This document shows positions 48,901 through 63,040 of a stretch of DNA of 64,000 nucleotides, in pieces (within the stretch, counting starts at the first letter, position 1; each line of letters opens with the position of its first letter). The notes below the pieces were generated by a model. It saw nothing but the letters and a program-made list of their open reading frames with translations, made no database searches and had not been told where the DNA came from. This DNA is from Stylophora pistillata (Eukaryota), in contig NW_019217925.1 in assembly GCF_002571385.2 (NCBI RefSeq), forward strand, positions 103,301 to 167,300, written 5' to 3'. Made by a program: the position numbers and the translations under genes.

Positions 48901-51900
48901 TTCATCACTATCCAGGTACATACTGTGATGTATACAATTTCAAGTTCAGTTTGGTTGAAGGTAAAAAAAGATTTTCACAAGCCAGGATAATTTCTTCTTA
49001 CTTGCTTCTGAAACAACATTATGTTTGATCAGTTTAGGTAAAAGTCCTTTTTTTGACCTGGTATATAGATTTTCATATGAGTTTACATTTCATGGTTCAA
49101 ATTATAGAGAACTGGTATGGGCTAGGATGAGTACATCTATTTAATAAGAATTTCAAATTAGGTCATATTCTGATATAATTTTCCATTCATCTTTGTTAAA
49201 CGAGTTGAATCATGTTATGTAGTCAAGTGGTTGTTTAATTTAATTTAATTTAAGTTTGTTATTTCTGTTTATCAGATTTTTTCAGGATTTTTTCAGGTAT
49301 GCATTACTCTGACTAATTGATGTACATATTAAGCAAAACCCTTGGGTAGACTTACCTGTGAGTGTCTTACATTTAATTTGAAGTTGTGAGGAAAATATTA
49401 CTTTTCCCCATAGTGCCATAGTCTTACCTTGTAAATGGGTAACAGAAATCAACAAAGTTATCAGATTGTATGTAGCACCAGTTTTTACTGAATAATTTAT
49501 CAATAAATAAACAGCATTTTTAGGAAATAATTGCAAATTGATGTTTGGACATGAAAAATTACACATCTATAGGTGTCATCTCTGTACCATTTCATTGACA
49601 AGAGAAAATAAGGGCTAATTAAATGTAGGCCAGTGTCTAATAACTATATTTTTTTCAAATGATATAGAAGGAGAAGTATACTCTACAAATTCATTTACTA
49701 TTTATTTGTGCCATTAACTTAAGACAGTATCAAATCTAATGCCTACAAGGATTTGATTTTCCAAAGAGTTGTACTTGTAAGCCTTTCAAAAATTGGCTTC
49801 AAATTTGCTCAAATTTGACTTGAGATGCCACACCTTAGAAAGATTTTTCAGACTTCAACCCAAGTGTTAGGTGCTACTAACAGCGTATAGTTTGCCATAT
49901 TTGTACCAAAGTTCTACACTGATTCACAATTTTGTTTACCTGTTACATTGTTTCTAGAGTTCTGGCTGGCCCAGTGTAGTAGAATGTGTTGGAAATTGGT
50001 TTGGGAAAGGAAGGTAAGAGAAATTTTTCAATTCAAGGGGGTGATGTACATAAAGTTGTGGTTCTTGTCAGCATGAGAGGGTTAATTTTTGTATTTCTTC
50101 CCACTTGCAACCCAAGAAAGTAGCAAGAAAAGGTTGCATGTTTACCCACCTGACTGTGAACAGTTCTTGAATGTGATACGTGTTAAACCGAGTCATAATA
50201 TTCAGTCCAGTGCTAAGTGTGTAAAAGAGAACATTGAAGGTGTTTGAGATGGAGGGTCATTGGTGTAGAATTTTTTTACAAATAAATTACCATTTTTAGT
50301 CTAGCAATTTGTTCAACAAATTGGCCCCGGCCAGACCAACACTCAAGGTCTTAAAATAACTGAGAAGAATATGCTTCCTTTCTGTAACATCAAGAAATGG
50401 TTAGATATTCTAGTCTTCTCTGATAGGGACGAATAAATGGAGGTCCTGTCTCCTGCAGGGTTGGGGTAGGAGACGTTAATTTCCCACACACGAGATTACT
50501 GTGTGATGGATGTCCTCCCCTGGGGTGGGATGGTTGGGATATACAGGGCCGTTCTGAAAACCAGAACGCACCCTGTCTAAAGATTATTATCTATCTGTCT
50601 AAAGATTATTATCTATCTGTCTAAAGATTATTATCTATCTATCTATCTAACAGCAGGTGTTCACTTTCTTGTAGGCGTGGGTTGATAATGGGAATATGGA
50701 ATTCCCACACATCTGTAGGAAATATACTTGGGTCTGCCATAGCTGGTGTATGGGCAAGTGGTCAATGGTAAGTTTTAACACAATATGACCTCTGATTCTT
50801 TTGTTTTGATTATGAGTTGTGATAAATTATGTCAGACAGTTTACCCAGTTAAGCCTTCAATTACCAGAAGTGATCAACCTGTAACTTCCCCCTGCAATAT
50901 CCAGACATTATTCAGCAAATGGGTAATGAGAATACTCAAACTTATCAGTTAGAAGTTTTTATCTTGATCCAACACCAAATTCTCATAACTAATTTACAAG
51001 GAAATGTGTAGCGGCCAGAGGGCAGAATTAACAATCAGATCTTGGGAGTTGAATGGTTGAGGTTATTGTATCGTAAAAGACTCAACAGATATCCAACACT
51101 ATCCATCTCCACAGCTGTCATAGGTAATATCTAAATATTTGATTAATGACAGGGGCTATTCATTTATTGTACCTGGCTGCATTATTGCTGGAATGGCCAT
51201 CTTTGTATTTCTTTTCCTTGTCGTTGGTAAGTGAACATTCCTCCAACCTGTATTATTAGCTCTTCCCTGATGCTTTTATGTGATATTAATTTTCCTCTCC
51301 AGTGAAGTTTGTGGGCTGGGAATGAGTCATCATAGGTCAAATATGGACCCAGAATTAACTTCTTGGAAAAAAATTTTAGAATTGTCTACAGCTCATATCT
51401 CATGAGCTGTAGACATCTTAAAATTTGGAAAGCTTCCTTTCAAGTCTGCAAATTAATCATTTTTCAGCAACACTTACTAATTAATGAAATTAAAGAAGTT
51501 TGTTTTTTATTCAATTTCTGTAACTAAAACCTGTAACCTTAACTGAAAGACACATCTGTATCAATCAATAATTTTAGCCTTCTCAATTATACCTTAGCAT
51601 CTTATCTGACATCTTCAAATCAAAATTTGAAGTTGTTTTTTGTTTCAGTTGCATAGAAAATCAGTACAGCACAGTACAGTGTTGTGATGTGCTGTAATGT
51701 GTAAAACTTAGTCAGAAATGTGTTTAACCACCAGATCCAAGCCATGTAGGCTGCCAGCCTCCTCAACAACACACTGAGGTAAGTCCAACAATTTGTTTTC
51801 TGTGCTCAAACTCAGTTGTTCTGGAACTCCAAAGAGTTTGAAGAAAATTGAAGAAGAAATGGTCTTTTTTTTAAGCTTGCATGTACTGCACTTAAGATTT

Positions 51901-54900
51901 ACAGGACTCTTTTAAAGAGTTACTTTTAATTAAAAAAGGAAGAATTTATTACTGTCTAGTTACAGAGTGAATATAGAGATATCATTATATATTAAACCTT
52001 GTCCTCACTCCAAGGGAAAGGCTTGGAAACCAAGCACTTGACATTTAAAATGAGTTTTGATTTGTTTTTTTTGTCATTCATCTAAATCTTGGAATTACAT
52101 CTTAAATATCCTGGACTATTGAATCCTTATATTTCACTCAAACAAGTGTTTTTTGTTTCCCATATGAAGTTTGTTCAGTTTGGCTCTTTTGCCATAGTGA
52201 GAATAATGTGACTGAAATCTGTTTTTTTAGCCACCACCTGCGTGTATTGATTCCTCGGTCAGCACAGAAGTTGTTACTGACCCTCAAGAGGTGAGATGAT
52301 GCCTGGCCTAGGTACAAACTACATGTAAATGAGGGAATATTAAGTAGTTATTTTGAATTAGTACATAATTATTAAATATAGAAATTAGATGCTTGTCACT
52401 CTTAAGGCTCAAAGGGTTCAATTAAAACACAAACAAAAAAAACCTTGCTTTAATCTAATTGTGTTTGAAGCAACCACTGCTGAAACAAGGTGATTTCGGT
52501 TTTATCTACTGAGTTGGAAATGCTAACTGGCCACCATGAAGAGTTTCAAAGCAGATGTTTGAGCATTAGCCCTTTGTCAGAGCAAAATTAATGAAGAAAT
52601 TGTGTGTGTGTGTTTGTTATATGCAGAAAATGGAGCCACACTATTGGTGGGAACATGGTAACAAGTAAAGCAATTATAATATATTAGAGAATTGATTTGA
52701 AAGATAAATTTTTGTTATAGAGTTTTGCCATTTTGTGCTTTAAATAGAAGAGCAAAGTGTTAATTATAAAACATTATTATTTTAAGAAGTATATATTAAA
52801 TTACTCTCATGATGATAAAATCATAATGTAGAATGTTTAGTTTTACAGGTTCTAAGAATATCTTAACATTTACTTTACAGAAGAGAGTACTGTTACATAT
52901 TTCTGGTAGGTTATGCATTACATATTATTGTTTATAGGGTAGTGAAAGAGAAGGCCTTTTAAAAGAGTCATATTCTCATGAACCTGAGTCTATAATAGTC
53001 AAAAGGAATCTACAGGTGGGTACAAATATAATTATGTATGTACACAGGGGTTTCATTAAGGGCCGGGCACCGGCCAAATTGAGCAGTTGTAAGGACAGTT
53101 TTGCCCACCTGGTTTAACAATCTGGAGGAAGGTTTTTCTCATAAAGAAGTTTAGTTCAAAAAGTTGTGCCCACCTGTGAAAACTAGTTGCCCTCCTGCTG
53201 AAAACATTAGTGAAACCCCTGTGTACATGTGTGGAGGAAAATAATTCTTTTATATCTGAGTGTAATTGTTACTGTAACTTGCTTTTGATCTTTTTTTTAA
53301 TTATTTAATTCAAGTTTATAAGTTAAGTTTGTCCTCCATTCAATACCTTTAAGGTGCCAAGTGAGTCACATATGTCAGGTTCAACTGTGGTACCACCATC
53401 ACATGGAGAAGCTAGTGCTGTCAGTTTTTGGAGAGCAGTTCTTATTCCAGTGAGTCAAATCATTGATATCTTATTGCTAATTATTGGTTGTATTTCTCTT
53501 TTATACCAATGATTGCTTTCATTGATTATCCTTTCTTTTATCGCTTCTCTGCCATTCTTTGTAAAGAGGTCAAAACATTTCTGTATTTCCATACATGTGT
53601 GTGTGTTTCTTTAACTTAATCACTTTGCTCTTCCTACACCTTGCAAAATGATTTATTGATATTTTGAGTAGAGCGTTGTAAAAGAAGGAAAGACGTTTTA
53701 AGGGTATACCCAGATTGCTGTGGAAGAGAATTTTTCATCAAACATGAAGGAATTTTATATACATTGTATTTGGGGAAAAGAGTGTAATAATTTTGTTCAT
53801 TTGTTTTTGGTGAGTTGGTTTTGTGAAGATGCGAAAGAGTTGCATATCTATACGAACAAATAACTGTCTCAAGACTCGACTCACCCAGTAATTCAAGTGC
53901 TGTCCAGAGAAAAATCCCCTTTATTGGACAGTCATTGTCAGCATGTGTAGCAGGATTATTTAAAGGTGCTCAAACAATTGAATGTGGTTGAACAAATTTA
54001 ATCACCATGCTAATAATTATATTGATTCACTGGTTCAGGCAGTGCATGGTTTTTCACTCCTTCGAGTTTAAATTTCAGTATTACATATTAATTAGATTTT
54101 GAAATTTAATAACAAAATAATAGTTGGAGTTGGAACCTGGAGGGAAATGTTTGCAAATTTCTCTTTGTAGGGTGTGATTGAATACTCTTTGTGCCTATTC
54201 TTTGCTAAACTGGTCAGTTACACATTCCTGTTCTGGCTGCCATTTTATATTGAAAACACACGTAAGTTGTCTTCATCCAGGTGCATATAAGTACATGTAA
54301 TTTATCTTTTAAATTAATATACATTAATAAGCTATTCCTTTTGGTTCACGCATAAATTAATTATCTTTTAGAGTTAAGGACTTTGCAGCTATGGTCAGCA
54401 AGTATTAAGCTAACAACTGAGGTTCTCGAATCAAAGAAAATCATTCTTTCTTTATTCAAATTTTTCTGATGATCAAACAATTTGAAAATAACTGTGAAGT
54501 TAATTGTCAGTTGGGGTGTGAAGCTACCAGAGTGCTGTAGTTAGGTCAGTTTTTGGCTCATTTGTTCCTGTTGTGTGGACAAAATGAATGTGTTTATCAG
54601 ATGAATGCTAGAGTCTTGAACTGTGGTAGTGCAGATAATATGATTTGAATAGTAACATATTTGCTCGTTGTATATACTTATACATTGAAGATAATTTTTC
54701 AACTGCTGCATTTCTCTTTTTTGTTCAGGTATTGGCGGTAGATTGTATAGTCCAACCACATCAGCCGATTTGTCTACTTTGTTTGATGTTGGTGGAATCA
54801 TAGGTAAGGCACTCAACAAAGCGTTTCGTAAAGTACATGGTCCTTTCCGTTGTTCAGTCAGATTCCCCCCTCTTGTATGTACTCCTTTTAAATGGAACAC

Positions 54901-57900
54901 CTGCAGTTTATATCCCTTTTGCCTTGTTGGAGTTGTTAATGATTTGTGTTAACTTCTCTCTTACGCTAACATTGACCCATTCATTACAAAAGTGTCATAT
55001 AGTTGCAATTATTTTTCAAATTTTGAACACAAATGCTTGCCGAATAGCCTCCAATTGTAAGGCCCCATGAGGGGGTTGGGGGTCTGAGCATCCCGTATGC
55101 CGTTAATGTTTGGCCCGTGTCTCAATAATTCCTGTGGTTTGTATCCCCGTAATTCCAGTTCGATATCCCAAGATCTCTATTTTAAATGTCCTGTAATCGT
55201 TATTTTTTTTTTCCTCAAGTATTCCGTATCCTTGTAAGTTTTTACCAAATATCTCGTATCCCAATAACTCCTAACAGAGCCTCAGTTGTTCCAAGGGGGA
55301 ATAACGCCATGCATGCAGTCACCGGTTAAATCTCTATCCGGTGGATAGCGCAGCAAGTTTTGGGAGTTGCATGGTTTTCAGGTGATTTTGGACTGTTGAC
55401 TGTTTCACTTATGTTCTAGGAGGTATATTGGCTGGATTTGTCTCCGACAAAACAAGCTGCAGTGGAATTACAGTTGTTGTCATGTTGTTCCTCGCAGGGC
55501 CGATGGTGAGTGGTTTGCATTCTACACGTTGAACGTGGATTGATATAAAGATTGATTGAAAATTTCCTTTTCCCAAGGCCTAGTTTTAAGTCTTAAGATA
55601 TCTAAGGCAGTATTAATACAGGATGAAGCACACAGCTAAGTGATAAATGGCTGCCACAAGTCTCCAAAAAACCGCTAGGTGTACGCGGGCAGTAAGTAGT
55701 TGATGATAAGCGTGCTGTGACATCTTCGTGTTACCTGTCATAATTTTTTTACTCTTTACCTTTTTTTTCAGCTCTTTTTGTATAGATTTTTTGCCAACGC
55801 AAACCTCAAAGTTAACATAGGTAGGTATTCTGATATAAATATTTAGTTTATACTATAGATTGGTACTGACGAAAGTGCTTTCAATATTATATTGTTAACA
55901 GTTAACGCTACGCAACGAAACAAAATCGTTCTTGAGATCCAGTGAACTCGAACTAGTATAAATTTATCCCTTTACGCTACAAGAAGGATAAAACGGTAAA
56001 AATTTGCGCAAGAAGTTTTCGTGGTAAATTGACAGTGTTAAGTAATGCGCAATATGAGTGATCAACATTCGACCAATCACAAACCGGAGAGGGCAAAAGT
56101 AAAGCGATTTTTTATCAAATACCTCTTAGGGGCGGGTTGTTCAAGCTGGTTAAGATAACCCAAGATAAGTGTGAAATTTCTTCTCAGATCAGAAAGAGAA
56201 AATCCAGCCTATTTGTCTTCGATTTAGTGATTGGATACTCCAAAGATAATAAAAAAAATGTTCCCAAACAGGCCTTCGAAAGAAGGAATCTGGGAAACGC
56301 GAATTAAAATTTAACCTTGGATTAGCGCTAATCGGCCTTCGACCAACTGATCAACCTTCTTGTTACTTTATTTAAGCACAGGCCTCCTCCTCCACATCAC
56401 CCCCAAAGAACTTTAAAAATGCATTTTCACTTACGAAAACACGGAAAAAGTTTACTATGTGCACAGAAAATCGGAAAAAAATATTTTCAGTCCACACTAC
56501 AAAGGTCAGCGGCCCAAGAAACGTTTGAGTGCATCCTTGATCATGTACACGATAAGTGTCGACTAATCCCACTGACGTTGGCGTTCTTATTGCATCCTAC
56601 TACGTATTTATGTGGACGGTTTTCCCAACGGTGGAAAAAGATTGCGTTTTTAAATTGAGCGGGATTGAATTGAAGAAAGTTTTCAAATTGGCTCTTTTCT
56701 TGGCGGACATTTGAGGAGTTGAAATGTCGGGACTCAATGTGTAAATGAAGGGGCTTCTTGCGTAGACGAGACCTTTGTGACAAAACGCTCAATTGGACGC
56801 CATAGTTTACAATGAATTTGTGTCACTGTTTTCAGCTCTGATGATACTCAGTGGAGTCCTAGTCAATGGTCCTTATGCTTTAATAACAACAGCGGTATCA
56901 GCTAATCTGGTAAGTTTGTAACATCCTAGTCCTTTTTACATGATTAGGGTGAAAAAGAAATGAGGTAGATAAAAAAACAATCAAGAGCAGCGGTCCTAAC
57001 GTGTTCATGATGTTCCCCAGGAGATGCAAATCTCTTTTCCTCTGTCTCCAGTTGGGCTTCGTTTTCAGGAACATGAAAGGGGGCTTCAAGGAGACGTGAA
57101 GTTTAACAATGGGGAGTCCGAATCATTAACTAAACACCTTCATCTGTCTGTCTAATCGGCCTGCTATGTAATATTTGCAGGGTACCCATCCATGTCTTCA
57201 AGGAAACACAAAGGCCATGGCTACCGTCACTGCTATCATAGATGGCACAGGCTCCATGGGTGAGGATCACATACTGCAGATTATAACATATGACTGTTTT
57301 ATTGGCCCATTCATTTTCCGGGCTATATTTTGGGAAGTTATTTAAAGCTCATCTACAACCAAAATGTTTTTCATTATTTTCGTCTGATCTGTCGTTTAGT
57401 CGTATTGAATGCATTTCCATGGGTGCATCACTTAAACTGTTTAGAACTGAAACAAATTCAGGATCGCTCGAGGCAAATTTTGAAAAACTTAGGTTTCATT
57501 TGTTGTGACGAAATGCTCGCGCTGGAAACTTCAGCTCTTGAAAATTTGCCACGTCAATTCATGTCACCTTCTTTATTTCATCATGTTGATAATCTGATTT
57601 AACCCTGATAATCTGATTTAACCCTTTACACCCGAAATGATTATTATACATTTTCTCCATACTGTTCTCGTTACATTCCCTGTGGTACTTAAAACGAGAA
57701 TTTGTCTAACAATCTAGAGATTTTTGAAATTGCGATCATTTCCTTGAGTCTCCTAACCTAAATGTTTGATTCAGTGGTGATACTGTTTGGAGAAATTAGA
57801 TGCCAATTACTCTTAATAGTAACCTACAGTTGCCAGTAAACACTGATTTCTTTTAATTGCTTTACTCCAAGATATGATCGGTAGTTCTCCTTTCAAGGTC

Positions 57901-59129
57901 TCATGGTTGTCTTTTTGGAACAAAAATCTAATCACCATTTCACACAAGTTGTTTCTAACGTTACCTTTCTCCCATGCCAGGTGCTGCCCTTGGACCACTT
58001 TTAACGGGAATCATCTCTCCAACGGTATGTCACCGAATGGTTTTTTCTTGTAGAAATTCTCGATGACTCATACGACTCATAAGCTCTTCTTAGGGCCACG
58101 TTAAATCTACAACTTTTGAGTTACTGTGTGTCGTTAAGACCTGAGGTAACAATTTAACGTCTGGAAGATCTTGAAAAAATTCTGGAAAAGTCTTCATTTT
58201 TATTTAGTGCGAATCCTTGCCTGATCCCTGATCATCTTCGTTGCCTTCTTTTTATTCTCCTCTGTTGTAGTATTTCTCTGCTCTATCAAACTATTGTAAC
58301 GGGATTTCCCTTCAATTTGCGCATTTTTAACGACTTGTGAGCGCTCAAAATATATCGACGTAGGTGTTCAGAGAAAAAAAGGTTGCTCTATTGAGAAAAG
58401 GAGGTCTACTAATGGTGCACACTCCTAATGATAAACTTTTTATTTTTACTTTTCTACCAGGGCTGGAACAATGTATTTTACATGCTAATTTCTGCCGACA
58501 TATTTGCCGCCATTGTAAGTATATTTTTTCTTGAATCCACTACGCAGATTCAGTTCCTCGTAAAAATGTGTAATAAAATAAAAACTTCATCCATTTCAAG
58601 TGTTACAGCACTTGGCCAGTTTGGGCCTCCTTCTCATAAAAGCTGGGCGAAAGTCTGCTTTCAAACCTAAATTTGCGAGTCCTTCGTAGCTGTTGCTATA
58701 ATTCTCTGTGTTAACAATTAGTATACTACAATCAGTTTGTCCCAATCTTCCTCGGTTCTGTCTCGACGATTCGTTTAAAACATGAAAACATGCACAATAA
58801 ACAAACGACATTAAAAGTAATTGTGTGATTTAAAACTGATGTTTTAAATCTATTTTTCACTCTCAGCTTCTCAGCAGACAAGTCTGGTTTGAAATAAGTC
58901 AGCACTGTTTTGGGCGCAGGTGAGTAGTAGTCCGGAAAATATTCAAAATGATTAAGAAAAAAAATATATTTTGCCTTCTTTACTGTTATTATGGAAGGGG
59001 AGTGTTAACGTCTTGAATTCTTTTTTACTCTCCCTCCACAGGGAGCAAGTTCGCTTTGCGTATTTGGATTCTGTCCACGATAATTTGAGAAATGATAGCG
59101 AGGAGGAGCCACTTATGTACAGCAGCTAA
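45995..59129 (+). CDS. SLC37A2: SLC37A1/A2-type glucose-6-phosphate/sugar-phosphate exchanger (MFS); exons 45995-46092, 46229-46310, 47635-47695, 47830-47911, 48780-48915, 49276-49296, 49958-50013, 50675-50767, 51153-51226, 51735-51778, 52231-52290, 52938-53015, 53354-53449, 54171-54261, 54729-54803, 55420-55505, 55772-55820, 56836-56909, 57181-57259, 57981-58024, 58461-58514, 58867-58919, 59042-59129; about 557 aa
   Basis: LILTFFAYTSYHLSRKPISVVK, GWPSVVECVGNWFGKGRRGLIMGIWNSHTSVGNILG, IPGVIEYSLCLFFAKLVSYTFLFWLP, NGPYALITTAVSANLG, TVTAIIDGTGSMGAALGP. All introns GT-AG with consistent phases. The gene is co-orthologous to vertebrate SLC37A1 and SLC37A2. Confidence 0.93.
50322..50650 (+). mobile_element. 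5'-truncated copy of the tRNA-SINE with a 22-bp x3 / (TATC)n tail
   Basis: Reverse-complement match to 29920-30128. Tail gtctaaagattattatctatct x3. Confidence 0.75.
53045..53221. mobile_element. hAT-like MITE, copy 2, with 6-bp TSD TGTACA
   Basis: TIR caggggtttca / tgaaacccctg, with tgtaca on both sides. Confidence 0.8.
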
Positions 59130-59891
59130 CACAAGCGGATAAAAATATGAGTGACCTAGAAATCAAACAATTTTCTTCACGCAAGTTGTCGGTGTTTGGC
59201 TTAATTTTTTACTTCAGAGTTTAAAAACTGACGCGGGCCGACGCAGTCGACAAACCAATTACAAGCCTATGAGTCTTAGCAGTCAGCCAATCAGAGCTCA
59301 GCTCTGACGGTGTCAAGAGCGGGAAAAAAAGTGTTCTGCAATCTGCCTTAATCATAAATTACGTGTTCTATAATCTAGCGAACGTTAAACATTGTTTTTT
59401 TTTTCTCCAAGCACCTACTTGAATGAAGAAATCTTCTTTCTCCTTGATAGCAGATTTAATAAATTTGTCTTTGTATTAGTAAAGGACAAGGCAAACGAAT
59501 TTTTTAAATATCAGATGCAAATGAAATATATACAAAGTTTTCTATAAATTTTGAAGCTTGAATCCGAATCGGTGTAAATAGGAGATCCAGATAAATTTTT
59601 TAAGTGAAATTCTTAATCTTACATTGCCACATTCTTAGAGTAGTGTTGTAAAACAATGAAACTGAACGTTTTGGATAGGTAGTGGCCGCTTGATGAGACT
59701 AAAAGTCCCAGTTTTGCATTAGAAAGTGGATAAGAACTTTCACAAAGTGGCTTTAGTCAAAGGAAATGTTACTGCGGTAATTCGAATAATTTATAGTAAG
59801 TGTTGACGGTCTTTCAGCATACATTTCTTGGCTTGTCAACAAAACTTGGCAATACGGTATTCGTGGTGGGATGTGGGTTGGAAACTTAGCC

Positions 59892-60102
59892 NNNNNNNNN
59901 NNNNNNNNNNNNNNNNNNNNNNNNNNNNNNNNNNNNNNNNNNNNNNNNNNNNNNNNNNNNNNNNNNNNNNNNNNNNNNNNNNNNNNNNNNNNNNNNNNNN
60001 NNNNNNNNNNNNNNNNNNNNNNNNNNNNNNNNNNNNNNNNNNNNNNNNNNNNNNNNNNNNNNNNNNNNNNNNNNNNNNNNNNNNNNNNNNNNNNNNNNNN
60101 NN
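59892..60102. other. Assembly gap (also N at 6056 and 8231-8254)
   Basis: Runs of N. Confidence 0.99.
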
Positions 60103-61011
60103 ATCGGGTTCTACTAGTAAAATGGAGTGTTGGAATTATTTTAAAACAGATTTGGCGAAATTACAACCAAATTACCAAATTACTGAATGAAATAAGAGGA
60201 AATAAAATGTATTTACAGTTGTGGTTGATTTCGTTCCATCGCTTAAGATCTGGACGCGAATGAAGGGGCCTCCAAGTGCCTTATCCAGGTTTTTGTAGCA
60301 GAAGACATCTAGGAATACAGTTCTTAATGAGATTTCACCCCATGGCCGGTTACCGCTCATCGCTCCGTTAGGTGTTATTGACCCTTGGCTGATCCCGATT
60401 TTATTTCTGGGTACAGAGAGTCAAAGATGACATCTGTCTTTTATCTACAAATTAAACAAGCTCAACATTTAGATCAATTTTCAGGTAAACGTCGAAGGGT
60501 AGTCCCGGATTAGTGATTTGGCTTCACTACGCTTTGTGATTGGTCGAGGAAACTCGCGCCATTCTCTTGGCCAATCAAACAAAACTTAAGCCAAACGCGT
60601 CTTGGTCATTCAGCGTTTTTTCCGCGCGTTAGACATTCGGCCCACTTTACTATGAGATCTTATCGGCTCCTTGAGATATGTTTTTAAACTCTGTGTGCTC
60701 GTTATGATTACTTCGGTTTTGGATTTAAAACACCCGTGCCTAATTTAAAGATTGTTTTTAGTCACTTGGGATAAAGACCTGACAAGTTTGAGCAATCTGT
60801 CAAAGAAAATACATTAAAAAATAATGAAAATTCTGTAACAAAAAGAAACACTTATGTGACTATTAGGCCAGGTGACCGAAATGAAGAGGGTTGTCTCACA
60901 CAGGGAAGTACAATAGACCTTAGTCCAAAATGGCCGCCAACCGGTATAAGCTTGGGCGAGTGGCACCAAAACGAGGTCATAAGGGTCAAGGTTGCTTGTC
61001 CTGTAAACAAA

Positions 61012-62719
61012 ATGCCGCAAAACTGCAGTGTTCCGAATTGCACGAAAAAGGTTTATCGGGAGGAAGACTTAAAGATATCTTTCCACAAATTTCCGAAAAA
61101 TAAAGACCTATGGCAAGAGTACCATGTAACCCCATACATTAATTATGCATTCAGACTAGTAGACTTTGTTTTTAAAGTTTTGTTGTGAAAAACAAAGAAG
61201 TGGAATGCCTAATTAATGTATGGGGTTATATGGTACTCTTTCCAAGACCTATTAGCTGCATGGATTCGAGCTATTCGAAGAGATGTGGGTCACCACTTTA
61301 GGATATCTTCGCACACGAGGGTTTGCTCGAGACACTTCAAGGATTCAGATTTTCAGAGCACACTCGCTGGCAGAAGAACACTTCATCCTACCGCTGTTCC
61401 TTCCATTTTTTCGTAGAAGAAAGATTCTCCTAAGAGGCGAAAACCACCAAAACCCTGGTATGTTGTAGTACAATCTTAAATGTTGACAAGGTTGCTGACG
61501 AAAAGCTCGAAGTAAATACATGTAATAGTAGCTTAAACAATGACGAGGTATACGAAGTCCTTGAGGTCGATTGTACTTTTCAAGAGTGTAAACCTTCGCA
61601 AGAAGAAAGCATGTCTGAACTGAAAAGACAAGTTGTGGAGTTGATGTATAAACTTGACGAACAAAAGGAGAAAACAAATGCCCTGGAGTTAGAACTGAAT
61701 GAAGTAAAACAACAACTTGTCAACTTGACGTCCCAGTATGATGAGTTGGAGAAGAAATCTTTTTCCTTAGATCGGTTTAGAAATTGTAAGTCTTTGGGGT
61801 TCAACACCGGATTCGCTAGTGACGAAATATTTGATGCGTTGTACAACTTCTGCGACCCTGGTGAGAATGGCGAAATATTCAGTATTGGCACTCATCATGC
61901 ACAGGCCAGGATACAACTGTTCTTAGTGAAAATAATGAATACATGGAAACATTTCCAAAGCCTGGAAGACCAAGGTCGCTGCATCCAAAGGAGGAACTTT
62001 TTATTACTTTTTATAGATTAAGACAAGGTTTTGCAGAGGAACATCTTGCTCATCTCTATGCAATATCTCAAGCTACAATAAGCAGGATAATAATAACCTT
62101 GGTCAACTTTTTATATTTAAGGCTAACTGATGTACCCATGTCACCCTGTAGAGAAAAGGTAAACAAACACATGCCAGAGCAGTTTAAAGAGAAGTATCCC
62201 TCAACTAGAATAATAATAGACTGCACCGAGGTTAAATGCCAAATGCCTTGCAGCCTTCGTTTAAATAATGAACTTTTTAGTACCTATAAAAATAACACCA
62301 CTCTGAAAGCCCTTGTTGGAATAACCCTGGTTGGGGCACTCTCATTTGTGAGCCAGCTTTACACTGGACACATCTCAGACAGGGAAATTGTTCTACGCAG
62401 TGGTATTTTAGATCAAAAATTTGAGAATGGAGATTGAGTAATGGCAGACAAGGGATTTACAGTGCAGGACCTGCTCCCTCCAGGCGTTGGGCTGAACATT
62501 CCTCCATTCTTAGGATCTCAGGGACAGATGAGCCCAGATGTTATCAAAACGCAATCAATTGTCTCTCTGAGGGTCCATATTGAAAGAGCTATCAGTAAAA
62601 TAAAAAACTTTCGCATCTGGGATGGAATTGTCCCACTGAACTTATTTGGTGAGGTTAACCAAATGTGGACAGTATGTGCTGTATTATGTAATTTACAAAA
62701 GCCTGTCATCAGTGTGTAA
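61012..62719 (+). pseudogene. Decayed ISL2EU/Harbinger-type transposase (THAP + coiled coil + HTH + DDE_Tnp_4-like)
   Basis: THAP motifs MPQNCSVPNC..FHKFP..WIRAIRR..VCSRHF..AVPSIF. Then GRPRSL..EELFITFYRLRQG, IIDCTE, YTGHISDREI, MADKGF, RVHIERAISKIKNFRI, with stops and frameshifts. Confidence 0.88.
61112..61243. mobile_element. 132-bp MITE with 41-bp TIRs and 9-bp TSD AAGACCTAT (MULE- or Merlin-like) inserted in the THAP domain
   Basis: TIR ggcaagagtaccatgtaaccccatacattaattatgcattc has 3 mismatches to the other end. TSD at 61103-61111 and 61244-61252. Confidence 0.9.
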
Positions 62720-63040
62720 GTAATTGGCCAGTGCAAATTCCATCGGCAGATCTAGCAGCTAAAGGGGAAACCTTGTAAGGTTACTATGAAATTTCAACTG
62801 CTGGAGAATAAAATTATGAACATCACCTGGTATATTAAAGGCTGCCATATTCACTCACATGTACAAGTTTTACAGTACAACACTATTACACATTTTCGTA
62901 CTTTGTATACCTTTTTTAAAATGACACACCAGAGTGGGGCGTAGTTGTTAGGTAGTTCACAAAATATGCATGATTGACTCACACAATAATTTATTAAGTT
63001 AAGTTGAAATTTAGGCTGAATAAGTAATCAGAGTTCAAAA

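Noticed and set aside
59828-60263. ORFs of 120-130 aa
   Set aside because: Artefacts spanning the N gap.
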